Below, in pieces: positions 47,401-57,210 of a stretch of 64,000 nucleotides of DNA. The position numbers and the translations under genes are program-made. The stretch is taken from NCBI RefSeq assembly GCF_000981445.1, contig NC_027217.1, positions 2,728,001-2,792,000 of the forward strand. The letters run 5' to 3'. The first letter of the stretch is position 1. Each line of letters starts with the position of its first letter. The notes under the pieces are model-generated. The model had not been told where the DNA came from. It saw nothing but the letters and a program-made list of their open reading frames with translations, and searched no databases. This DNA comes from Babesia bigemina (lineage: Eukaryota).

Positions 47401-50400
47401 CCATCTGAAGGGGTTGTGACTATTGGAAGCGTTCTTCGATCATATGCGTGAAAATTCACACGTTCGTCCCGAACCAAACCACCATCTGAAAGGGGTAACT
47501 GCGCAGTGGGTGCCGTAGTACTTTTGGCACCTGTATCGGTCCTTGTGCTTGTATCAACTTGTTGATCTTTATTTTTAGCACTCCGCTTCTCCGGACTCCT
47601 GCTGCGGCTTGGCTTCCCGTGCTCTCCATCGCCACCACTTACACCTGATTCAGTGTCCTGACGAGAAACTGAGGAATCAACATGTTCGTGTTGACGAGGT
47701 TTCGTAACAGTTGCAGGGACTCGAACAGGCTGTAGAGAGTTGGAAGAACCTGCCTGGTCATGGGATACCTGGCTACGATTGTTAGTCTCGTTCAATGGCA
47801 GCGAATTAAGATGTTTAGTACCTGATGTCGAAGGATGCCCAGCACTCCGAGTGGTAACAGACTTCGAGTTCACATTAGCACTGTCCTGTGAATGTACATT
47901 CCCTCTTACACCTGCACTGGCACCTGGGGAAGAAGCCTTGACAGCAAATATTTTAGAACGGTCATCACCTGAATTGGTAGCAGCCCTATGATTACTTGGT
48001 TTATCAGGAACAGGGAGTGCCTTTGAACCGGCATGCATATCACCTTTTTGACCAGATCCACCGGATGGTGAAGAAACGGTGCTTGAAACAGTTTGCCCCG
48101 GGGCAGACACAGTGTCGTGAGAAACAGCAGACTTCGATCCTAGCTGTTTGGCAGACGTTGAATACGCACCCATATCATGTGGCTCACTAGCGGAGATCGG
48201 ATCTTTTGGAAGATGGGGGGAGCTATGTGCTGGCGTGCCTCGGGCTTGAGGTTGTTCTGTATTCGGTCGAACATTTTGGAGTGGCACATCGCGAGCCTGA
48301 CCATGCTGCAGAGATTCGGAAGTACTGTTCTTTGGGAGCGTAGTCCTTTTAGAAGGCCCAGGCTGAGGTACAGAACCCCCTTTCTCGAACGATCGGTGTT
48401 GAGTCTGGGCAGGTGATGTATGGACTTTTTCCTGACGTGCTTCTTTGGGTGCAGCCGACGGTGGCTTAGCGCCAGCCTCATCAGCCGCCTTCCCGGCCTT
48501 GGCTTGACTCTTTCCATTACTTCCACCGCCAAGTAGGTCAACTGTAGCGACAACGGATGGGGAATCCGACTTCGAGACCGGAGTGGTCTTGTGACTCTCT
48601 TGGGATCCTATAACATTTTTGGTAGTAGAGGTAGAGGCAGGGACGCCACTGACATGAGAATCCTTGGACTTCCCGGGGTGTGATGTTGAACCTGCTTTTC
48701 TAACAGGGGGAGCAATGCCTTGCGATGCAGCTATATTTGATGGCGACGCCTCAGCGGAGTGTGACCCCTTCTTACCACGACTACCTGATGAGCCATCGGC
48801 ATCATATGACGGCCGGTCCACATTTCTACCACTTGACGACTGACTACGTCCCGTAGCTGAAGGTCCGCCACTATCCGGACTAAGACTTTTATGACCTGAT
48901 GAATCCTTTACCGGACCAACTGGTGTATCATCAGACCCAGGCGCTCTAACAGAAGCGGGAGTATGAGGCAAGGCAGACGGCCCTGAAGCAGTCTTATGTT
49001 GTTCAGTCACCGTGATCTGAGGTTTAGCAGGCTTGTTGCTTATCTGATCATGCGATCCGCGAGACGTTGGCTGTTGTTTATATTGCGGCCCAAGACTGCC
49101 AGACCTAACACTTGGTGAGATCGCAGGATTCACGGGTGGCTTTGACTTTGGACTTTCAGCTCTTGCAGCCGGATGCTTTCCGATAATTTCAGGTAACTGC
49201 CTATGCTTACCGGAAGTTACACCGCCTTGTGAATCCTGGGCCTTTCCACCGGGTACAGGAGATTGCGAAGTGAGCCCCTGAGCGGCATTGCGACGGATAC
49301 CGCCTTTGCCGAGGAGATTATTCTCAGGTGTTTTGTTAGCTGGAAGTATTTTAGGTTCGGGGACCTCCGCAGCCGGTGCACCATTGGGCCTTTTCACGCT
49401 TCGGGAGCCTTGTTGTTCATGAGAAACTTTACTGCTGCGTACAGCTTGAGGCGGTGCGTGTGATGGAGCAAGCGAGACATGATTTGGTTGAGATGTGAGA
49501 GGCCTGGAATCAGATGGCTGACCTACAACTTTAGGTGACGAAGCTGGACGCGCCGCATGACTAGCACACACGGTGCCGTCCAAAACCTTCTTCAGCTTTT
49601 CCAAACCGTTTTCATCATCAACAAGCTTTTCAATGAAGATAGCCCACTGTGCAATGACAAAATCATTTGAAGCGCCTTTAAGCTTCTGGTCACCTAAACA
49701 GAATCCGTTGCGAAACAAAAATTTATCCGCTATTTGCTTCGGAGTAAAAGAAACGTTGCTAGAAATCTCTGCCTTTATCTTTTTAATAGTTTGCCAGGCT
49801 CCTGTATAATCATCTCTATACCACGTGGCAAACCTAGTAGCAAACTTAGCATTCTGTAAATCTCCTAGTTTCGGCACGACTCCAGTAATGTCGAAACCGC
49901 TACCCAATATGCCTTCATACGCCGACTTAAGCTCGCCGCAGACTTGTTGCAACTTATTCCAATCTATACAGCAGTTATTGCCCTCCTTAGGCAGCTTCTG
50001 AAGAGCGTTGTGGATTTCGTTATTCTTATTACCCTTTTCCATTTGCACGATATTGCAAAACACGCTTACAAGCCCGATGACGTTTGCAGCATTAACGTCT
50101 TGCCAATACCGGTTTAAAACCATAAAGATAACATCGCGAAAAAATTTGCACAAATTGTTACTTTTCTCTAATATGGCTCTAAGGTCCTTTATCATGTTCT
50201 TACCCTGAGAATAGCCATACCGATAGTTAGAGGTTAGATCATTTATTTCAAAACCACCAGGCAATACACCATAGTCCTTCTTGCTTGAAGGCGCCGTGAG
50301 ATACGTATCCAGCTCACCTCCCCATCTGTACCCGCTATAACTTATGTAACCAGGGTATAAGTCACCCCAGCTCCCGCCGCCGAAACCATTGTACGTACTA

Positions 50401-50732
50401 TCCACATGGTAAAGTAAATAGTACACTGCGGCGAGGAACCTCGGAATGCACTCGAAAAGTGCGTCCAGAATATCACTTGGCGACATAAATCCGATATCCA
50501 CCACGTCTTTACTGACATTAACAGTTGTCAATTTCTGATAAAACGCTTTCACCTTGCCCAGAAATGAATAGAATCCTTGTTGACATTCTTGCCGATTCAA
50601 ATTTTTATAGTTGCTCGCAAAATCGTCCAAAAGCCTTGTATGGACAATGTCGTGGATTCCCTTCCTTTCATGTAACCGCAACAGAAATGCGAAACATTGC
50701 TTGAGAGTCTTCAGCTGAACAAAATGCACCAT
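41496..50732 (-). CDS. Giant ves-like (variant erythrocyte surface antigen superfamily, ves2-like) protein, about 3078 aa, with long Ser/Gly/Pro-rich middle
   Basis: Single ORF; N-terminal LKTLKQCFAFL...GGGSW...YGVLPGGF domain; C-terminal PRTVRDML, YACHHQL.F.KSQC, QAFLTD, RMGF, RTPRTTGELVSFF, YLSWTVYL, TM helix and LYRLDVLRVRSH tail, as recalled for Babesia ves-like genes. Confidence 0.8.
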   Translation of the reverse strand: MVHFVQLKTLKQCFAFLLRLHERKGIHDIVHTRLLDDFASNYKNLNRQECQQGFYSFLGKVKAFYQKLTTVNVSKDVVDIGFMSPSDILDALFECIPRFLAAVYYLLYHVDSTYNGFGGGSWGDLYPGYISYSGYRWGGELDTYLTAPSSKKDYGVLPGGFEINDLTSNYRYGYSQGKNMIKDLRAILEKSNNLCKFFRDVIFMVLNRYWQDVNAANVIGLVSVFCNIVQMEKGNKNNEIHNALQKLPKEGNNCCIDWNKLQQVCGELKSAYEGILGSGFDITGVVPKLGDLQNAKFATRFATWYRDDYTGAWQTIKKIKAEISSNVSFTPKQIADKFLFRNGFCLGDQKLKGASNDFVIAQWAIFIEKLVDDENGLEKLKKVLDGTVCASHAARPASSPKVVGQPSDSRPLTSQPNHVSLAPSHAPPQAVRSSKVSHEQQGSRSVKRPNGAPAAEVPEPKILPANKTPENNLLGKGGIRRNAAQGLTSQSPVPGGKAQDSQGGVTSGKHRQLPEIIGKHPAARAESPKSKPPVNPAISPSVRSGSLGPQYKQQPTSRGSHDQISNKPAKPQITVTEQHKTASGPSALPHTPASVRAPGSDDTPVGPVKDSSGHKSLSPDSGGPSATGRSQSSSGRNVDRPSYDADGSSGSRGKKGSHSAEASPSNIAASQGIAPPVRKAGSTSHPGKSKDSHVSGVPASTSTTKNVIGSQESHKTTPVSKSDSPSVVATVDLLGGGSNGKSQAKAGKAADEAGAKPPSAAPKEARQEKVHTSPAQTQHRSFEKGGSVPQPGPSKRTTLPKNSTSESLQHGQARDVPLQNVRPNTEQPQARGTPAHSSPHLPKDPISASEPHDMGAYSTSAKQLGSKSAVSHDTVSAPGQTVSSTVSSPSGGSGQKGDMHAGSKALPVPDKPSNHRAATNSGDDRSKIFAVKASSPGASAGVRGNVHSQDSANVNSKSVTTRSAGHPSTSGTKHLNSLPLNETNNRSQVSHDQAGSSNSLQPVRVPATVTKPRQHEHVDSSVSRQDTESGVSGGDGEHGKPSRSRSPEKRSAKNKDQQVDTSTRTDTGAKSTTAPTAQLPLSDGGLVRDERVNFHAYDRRTLPIVTTPSDGVETTTTRSPSRPSAAPRGSGSNVGGVDSGGKAKVVSALAPQTHADIGSTDHVGHISSSQVHTGPPKDSIAQGKASLPSGSPTSLLGVSAESEPTKAASISSPDSSAVISSAKGVPNTVNTVSVTSRSDQDGSTVKGGKSGPSASASRSKSSDSSRDNHRVVQALSSARTPITTGDSSNASSHVIQPVSASRQASGGAGLNVRNKGALGSPNSDKLMSDAYVQQRTQASQAGQSDRTDGVGHSSSSQTSGSSSESSQVVGGELPETLSITANTHVSGDSKLRSTSGVTHAPDHAVQKPGSGGSGMAGSPSAPQHVNDSLGTPTAPKVTTPAIPGSNIRVGSGDGDARSAGGAGDSKSPVVPAKQIATASSGDTPKLAKLTSSESLPSRGQSASDNTHGTDAIAAAPSESSYAALRRDAPMSVERKALAEIQRSSPRLEKTSTPAPIVAVSQDAKQGAEGTHLNDEHSTVKRGIGVSSAVQQPDSGTRIPDTRSSDSPADVNHPRTTEQTFPTKPIPQALKRSPDDKGVASGTVVTPSIEPASASDVVGADGGDGVTDRKQDVNTRGRVNTEEQQGGVANMLRSTGIVLSPSEPSFTLNPGRQRSTNPTLSGKSASAPNSDAFGDSEGTRAATIAQRDPAAIAPSSTRDNSSGDGLRETASQRGGDSSVSSVMPISSRFPDNENSVLNTQTPKGPSVQLITSDTIRQGGTGSKPESEAEPKQGIPDVNQQQNEGSVSGGENGIGDSLQIPPAAPPATLVQPYDAAANVQRSKGQIINVREPVELKPSPISRGPSPSNLTPRSPGSAGKPNNHGVELQGDVKNRAQPGVSPAAAHTLSVNVSGQGSPLSGVHPSVGEKVAGGNTPSALTMQNGEPLRFGRAGIPPANLDSLSTEDEDDEAGGGGGDSSKAQAADSIGHVSTGQHPGELQKAEQLQIKDASSSGPLSSVLTGDLGGTQVLGDPASSAIGQSNGGFPRKITEVTEPGGDQPSATLSSFSGEVIPVGVDGGAAGASGDDSQYSASRLKPNTSLSDAHFPPLGAERSDSSLSLLPGQPVVQGADSVGANMLNSQRLPSQDTTNLEDASDKRADAVHSGVLGLSADVGQTGSSSSHFGNKLSAPPEPTRSSNAIVRDNIGVGERVVNGDLWWKPDGWDYKADLKEKWKQLKTKEEEALKKQAEADLKQQKGLQDYLRHLQPYKTNYVPYMHLPIPEPSGFAVDGEVVGNDSDTEQQRQKDLIDLHNARHMESLRLKAQRDREERTKLQKEAVERYKKDEEERHKTYMQNVSDPFTGIVAPNARGLSGNTLPTEFPHIGVAVGYPIKQPRLPRNTVKPADPIEFNMKRHSRQKREAPPIHNDIPKISWVPPPPIKSPSAPPPQPLVDFEVEQVYKAKSFQSDLLKPSHMPVELIDPVLPYDNYLGPPQHVPLPEGSAQDVKTTATVDFCLPAWTTEIPTNDLSDIPETELFPLVPPRTVRDMLRWLVGIRNPKHLQVLEKCINEALGTVPGATTANSKLCVNNSKITTENVIDALKMASMFSCSVLSAIEPEWRQRMPSSTANAEDTDQDQGSDGCALLCRLRDYVYACHHQLTFVKSQCARDKLDGGWLTSQFGLDVGEDSPIQAFLTDDWNSKFETHLFNPCDVCLKCRIRMGFRKDIFSKTAKSGSYLSYILSASFSGDDPLLTLSAYLNCITRRTPRTTGELVSFFHHFGNELHQNNEDALSPLGAALSTSHDNCPNWDHLDGTDLDAARELRGSNASEHDHADTMSTLLGCAIDDSQCVQLLWPITYRAYAIYSPCFAHSYLSWTVYLADILQESLERLRYDIKRHEYSKCASIYHCRDACSYLYFHGFTPPRGMSLSLVKCSDIVGKLEEVVSGGPVGKLLTCMDAFLYGIRRPFIFLGFTFWSVALILLSHTTLYRLDVLRVRSHFMPSRGSHVIDVKALLAHGTKMPSLYDIKYFDDEALAHAWNRIY

Positions 50733-53700
50733 CGTGACTGTGTGTGCACTTAACAACGATAAAACGTAAACAAATGTGTATCAGGGATACAACTACAAGA
50801 CAGCATGGCAAGAGAGCTTCAAAATCCGTGAAATAGAAAACCCAAAGTGATTAAGCTTCTAAGTTGACGCCTCGTTTTAGGGCGCACTCTTGCCTGCCGC
50901 TCAGCGAACACAACAAAACCAAACCGCTTTTCGGAAATGGTACAAAGCTAAACATATAGCGAAAACAATATGCGTCATTCTAACGAGTAGCATGCACACA
51001 TTCGGCATAGCAGGCAACAATAGGCCCTAGCTAGCCCAGACAACTACATTCATAGGCGAATATTCAAACTCTAGCCTACCCGGGGAGGAACTACCCTCAA
51101 AGTCTAGGGACCCGGCGGTCGCGCAGTCCAACTGGCGTTTAAGGCTAAAACATGATGGTTAGACGGCATTCCTGTGCTGCGTTCGAATAGGAAATTTGTC
51201 CAATCTCCCATCGTGGCACCGTAACGCCGTCTACCCTTTTGCTGTCGGCGTTGCTAGGAGCGGCCGGGCAACCGCAACCCTACGCGCCACCTGTAACACT
51301 ACATCGGTGAGCCTCGTACCTGCTACGTACTACAATAGGGGTAATATGTGCGTAAATATCAGATGTGTACGTATATGAGGAGCTAGTATCAATGTGGCGA
51401 CGTCTAAACGCCAGCCAGCATACGCCATTACGCCGGTATACAGCCGCCATTTTACGCGCCACTGACGTTATACGAAGATGAATTAATATTCTGACTTGTC
51501 TAATTACAATCTTATGACTACAATTTCCATAACGGAGGCCACGCAAGCGTCGACACCCGAGGTAGTCACGTGGTACTATTATACGGCATTAGACCACTAC
51601 ACATCGCCGAAATACGTGCACTACCTATAACAGGTCATACAACAGTGTGGTATGTGACACGCTACGTCGCGTGGGATGGCGCTAAACAAAAAATTTTAAC
51701 GCGCATGGCCACCCAGCATTGCAGCGCACACATTTCAAATTGTTATGCCACTGAGTCACCGCAATGCTTTTTCGACGGCACATATTGATTTGCAAATGTA
51801 TGACATGTTGCCATGAACGTCAAATCGGCGTAACCAGGCTGGGCGTCAGCCGCCATCCAAACACCTGACGCGTATCAAAGATGGGATGTGGCATGGCAGT
51901 AAATTCCCCATTATTTAATTATCCATGCAGATTTTCAATATTGGTTATTGGTGTAGCACATTTAATCACCTATTTTCGCTTTTTTTCATTGTCTGCTGTG
52001 TTGTCTAAACAGTCAAGCGTACTAGATTTTCATAATTTTATATTTACATCTGCGCATACTTTCCGACTGAGGTGCGATAGATGTTTTCATATAATCCAAC
52101 CATATGAATTCAGGTTTGATCCAAATTTGTTTGTGCCTCGACGGTATACTCCTTGACCTTATTTCAACGCGACACTATTCTTTATAGTACTATTCGTGTT
52201 TCTTATTGAATCCACTGATACGCTGGTCAGCGTCTATAACGTAAGCTCGACGCTTTGGGTGAAGGTGTCTAGTACCGTTACATCACTTGCAACGATTTGT
52301 CATCACCCTAATGATCTCTATGTTTATGAGCGGTCGTTGGCAATGACTTACGTACTTGATATAGTAATGAGTTGCTTTCTGTTGACGTCAATCTACCAAA
52401 CGAAGAGTAGCTGCAGTACTTCTATGATCGGCGTCGCCTATTGGAGATGGTACACACATTAAATTTCGACGCATCCTACAGTGAGGTTGCCACAACTTTA
52501 ACCTTTACGGCCGTACGTATGTGGTCAAAACAGTCTCGAACCTTTTGATACCATCCTTTTCATCACTGGAATTCATTTCAGCACCTCGTTTGACTCCGAA
52601 ACGCTTTGACGCATTCTCACCCCTTACTATGTCATTTTCAATCAGAATAGTACTCAATGCGGTCTCTCCTATAATTGTATATACTAAAGGCTTCAAGTTC
52701 GTGATTGTTTACGGTATGCTATCCAGTTAGTGTAGTTTTCAAGATCCTTGGAGCATCCAACGCCTTGGGGAAATCACAGCAGATAATTTTTTATTGATTT
52801 CCACGCCAACTTAGTTTTTCGCAAATATCATCATATCCGTATAGGTCTTAGTGTTACGCCTGTCTAGAGGGATGCGCTTATTAGCCTTTGCTCAATTAGC
52901 TCAACTTCCTGGGTGGCTCAGCAGAGAATATGCCGGAAGAAAACAAGCGTATTCACAAAATGGCTAGGACACTACGACACCGACATCAGCGGTCTATAAA
53001 AGCTGCCATATTTTAGTTGTCAGTGAACGGCTCCAACACGCAGGACGACCAAGCTGCGATTTAAATGTAGAGGTTATGGGCGTAATTAGGATTCTGCATA
53101 TCTCTCTAGTGATTTAAATCGGCTACTGTGCCGTAACCATTGGTCACAATAAGCGGAAGTATGATAAATAGTAGCATACAAATTTCACCACGCCCATGTT
53201 AACACATAGGTCCTCTGTCAAATCAGTTGCTGGTGCTCTTACCACCTTACATATGTGTTACATTACCGTTAGTATGAATGAGTATATTATCGATGGCACA
53301 TCGGTCGTTAGCCTCAGCTTCATAATACTTGTGGTTGTAGGAGTGACCTTTTTATATGTAGAGTTCCTTGTCTGCATTTGGGTGCCCATCGCAATTTATG
53401 CAGCTACATCTAATATTATCCATTTGGCATTCATATAGTGTGCGGTGGCCTCACATTGATGGAGTAGGAAATCCATCTACGTCGTACTTGCACCCGGCTT
53501 TTGTGGTGAGTTGGAGCTGCGGTGATCATTGGACAATACCATCCGTAGTTGGACATTTCTTAAATTTTAATTTAAGCATAATCCATTGATAGGCATTTTA
53601 GACTGGTATGAAACCAGCAACAGCTGCGTTAAGATATCACAAAAAGTCACCGACTATTTCATCGGTTCTGCTACCTGCGGCAATTTTGATCGTGTGACTA

Positions 53701-56013
53701 TACGCATTGCGTAACTTATTGCTTCACACCAAGTGCACTCTTTCATCATATATCGCTCAATACACTCATGAAAATGTGGCCAAGAGAGTTTCTGCATAGA
53801 ACGGCAAGGGAATATCGGACAGCAGGAAAAATGGCCAGGATTCATGCTATATTTCAGGGTCTGCAATTAACACTAATGTCATCATTAATGTGGGATATTC
53901 CACTACTATGAGTGGAGCTAAATACTACAATTTTAGTCTTCAAAATGCGGGTGTTATAAAACAAGCCTCCCCCTTCCGGGTTCACATCCTCATAGACGTT
54001 CTAGTCAATGTAAAGCTATTGGGCGCGCATCGAACATATGCCTAGTAAATAATATACGACAGGTAGAAACTTTATCACATATGGAAGTCAAATATAGCGC
54101 TTGGTGGCTAACGCGGGATAGAGTCAACGAGGCCATGGGCAGCATCGAGCATGGGCACTCAGACACTGACGTAGCAAATAACAACAGCCTCCCGTTTACT
54201 TCTCATCGAAGTTACTGGATGACAATTTTCAGGTGATCTTTAAGCGTTGTCGAAACTAGCATCCACAGATGGGGGCAAGGAGGCGTGAATGGAGTATAAA
54301 TACAGGCAATAGGTGAAGGGTTAGGAGTGGTTGAAATAGCTGACAATTTAGTCGCATATTTGACTTCATCACCAGTTCCATGAGCTGTCACCTGGCTTTC
54401 TATTTAGATAGGCATCCCGCAGCTGGTGGCACTGTCATCGCGTGACATTGCAATTCACAGCGGTATCATTCCGCAAACTTGCGATTTTAAGATTCATATT
54501 AGACTCATATATAGAATATACAGGCACGTTGTTGTTCTGTATTGCATTCTATATTGCCTCTAAACTTGCCAACGTATCCATCAACCCGAGGCCGCCTGGC
54601 CATGTTCAACTGGGCCGAGTCCAAAGGCATATGACAGATAGGAACATGGCATTGCTTGTGTCTAGTATGCGCTGATTGTGTGTTTTGAGCCACAGAATAT
54701 GGTACGTAATAAGTCGCGGAGAATATCACTCCGTACTGACAACGGATTGAGTGTTGCAGTAATGAGGAACGTGGCGTAATAGCGGCTATATCCAACGCCA
54801 TCCACAGCTATGCGCACAATGATTAGCTGAGACATTGCGCCACTTCGACCGATGGTTTCCGCTGTTGTTGAACTAGTCAATGAAAATTTGTTAGTGGCTG
54901 AGGCCGACAAATGTGCCCAACACACATGCTACGGAACCATTGTATGAGTTGATGAAATGTGGCATCAATAGACCGGTGCCAGTATAATGTATCTGAGCTA
55001 TGAGTTCTTGGGCGTCTTATCATGATCTTCTTCGAAATCCGCGGCAATGGTTTGGCGCAGTCCACACCTCACTCAGCCGAAGCCGTCATTCACTTCACTA
55101 AGGCACATAGATCCCAAACGTAGGAATAAGGTGGAGATGCGCGTTGACATATCATCATTCACTACAGCAATGTTGATGCGGCGCTAGCTCATTGATCACG
55201 GAGGACCCAAGCAAGGCGGTAGGTGACAAAATGGATTGTGAAGCTGGGTGGCTGGTCGGTAACTCATGTTGGTATCTTGCGACTACAGTGATAGGCCAAT
55301 AAGAGGCATACGTCTTAGGTGATTATATGGCGCAAGATAACAATTGGATCCGTGGATAGGCAACGGCTTAGGCACTGATAGGCGAGATGGCCAGTGAACG
55401 GCTGAGTGACGTGACATAGACGCCAACGGTGTAAACAATAAACATATTAACAACGCTTTGTGGTTCATCAATGAACTTATCAGCAAGCAAATTTGGTGAC
55501 ATTCAGAAGCGCCTGCGCCAACGTTGTACTGTCCTTGATGGTTGGAGATGACTGCTCCACTGGCACAGGTTGACGTGCATACCACGTCGAGTATACGATC
55601 CACATGAGTCAGCTCGACTGTTGTTCAGGTCCAATAGCTGCCTATTTATGACATTCATGGCGTTGCGTTGGGTGGCGATCACCTCGGCCTTTCCAAGAGG
55701 CGCGGCGGCTGGGGCTCATAGACGTCACTCTCTAGAAATAAGACGTCTTTCATGATTCTGCAGTTAAATGGTAGACGAAATAGGGGAATGTGAGTGGTGG
55801 CTGTGAATGTAATCATGGTGGACATTGTAACGGCGGAGATTGCATATGCTCTCTCACGTGTTGTGAAAATCATGACTACTGCGCACCGGGTGTCACAAAC
55901 AGGTGTTGGGAATATGCGTGCTAAAATGTAAGCCTGATGACTGTCAAAAAGTATGTAAGAATAAGAACCCTTGTGAATGTCCATGCTGTGTAAGCGAAGA
56001 TGTGCGCTTTACC

Positions 56014-56790
56014 TCATTTTCCACACATATGGCCCCCTTTTCCCGACATATATGATTCTGTCGTTGCGCCTAATATACCCAGTCCCGTCGAACCCTCCAT
56101 GCTTCCACTTCCACCACTGTTATGACTCCAATAATTGTTTTCGTCATCATCTTCCTTATCCTCCTGTTCCATCTGTGCGTCTTTCAGGTTCTGCCTTACC
56201 ACCAGGCCAGCGAATACATCGTCCGCAAATTGCCGTTTTGCATCGCATTTTATAATTAAATCCAACGCTGAATTAGCACACGTATCGCACAGTACTTTGA
56301 AATGACAGCGCACTGCTTATCTAATAACGTAGTATTAAAACTTTCCTGATTGTGCATTGGCGGATACCCACTGAGACATTCACGAATTATATTGAGGCAT
56401 CACCAAACCCACATTGGCCATGTCAAACGGATTGACCAAAGTGGCCTGTTATACGTCTTCGTCAGACGCCTCTAAACGCTTCACGCCTGCTCAGACACAA
56501 TATCGTACCTTCTCTTTTATGGTAATAGCTGCTTTCACGCAACTCAACACCATTATTCTACCTCGTTTCACCACCTTGATGTTGACCTTTACGTGGACGA
56601 CGCCACTGCCTAATTCACCCAGCCCACCTGACAGCAAACACGTACCACAGCACGTAACGTCCACCAAAATGTCCTTCTTTACCGCTCCATCAACATCCAC
56701 AATCCTTGTTCATAACGCACCTCTCCAATCATGCTCCACGCTCTCACTCCAGCATGGCTGCCTTTCCTTATCGCCTTCCCTCCTCAGGTG
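56014..56790 (-). pseudogene. Possible eroded ves1/'ebh'-like gene fragment
   Basis: Broken minus-strand frames (IVDVDGAVKKDIL; GSTGLGILGATTESY) loosely resemble helical motifs recalled from Babesia ves1-like proteins; interrupted by stops. Confidence 0.25.
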
Positions 56791-56959
56791 AGTGGTATGT
56801 CTATAAGATTCTTGTGATGGTTCATGGATTTCGGAAAATGGTTTAGGTGTGTCATTGTCTTAGTATGATGCGTAGTGTTGCCACTCTGCGGTTCACTTCA
56901 TAGCCCTTTCACCCACCACACTTAGTTGTCTGCCATGCTGTATTAAGCGGTGTCACCTT

Positions 56960-57188
56960 GGAGGCGTGATCACTCTAGTGTTTTCCAGTTCAGATCGTCC
57001 TGGAGGCTTGAAGTGGTGATTTGTAAGGGTGGATTAAAGGCGTGATCACTCTAGTGTTTTCCAGTTCAGATCGTCCTGGAGGCTTGAAGTGGAGTTTTGT
57101 AAGGGTGGATTAGACTTGTGATCACTCTAGTGCTTCCCAGTTCACTTATCCTAGAGGCTAGTCGAAGTGATTTGTAAGGGTGGATTAG
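56960..57188. repeat. 76-bp tandem repeat, 3 copies, immediately upstream of the ves-like ATG
   Basis: GTGATCACTCTAGTG at 56966, 57042 and 57118, each followed by TTTGTAAGGGTGGATTA; the third copy is more diverged. Confidence 0.95.
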
Positions 57189-57210
57189 TGGGTGATTGGG
57201 AGTGAACAAG

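Noticed and set aside
51070..51150. Multi-stem structure upstream of the minus-strand ves-like gene as a ribozyme
   Set aside because: Lacks hammerhead core motifs and the HDV nested pseudoknot with catalytic C; stems are short enough to arise by chance.
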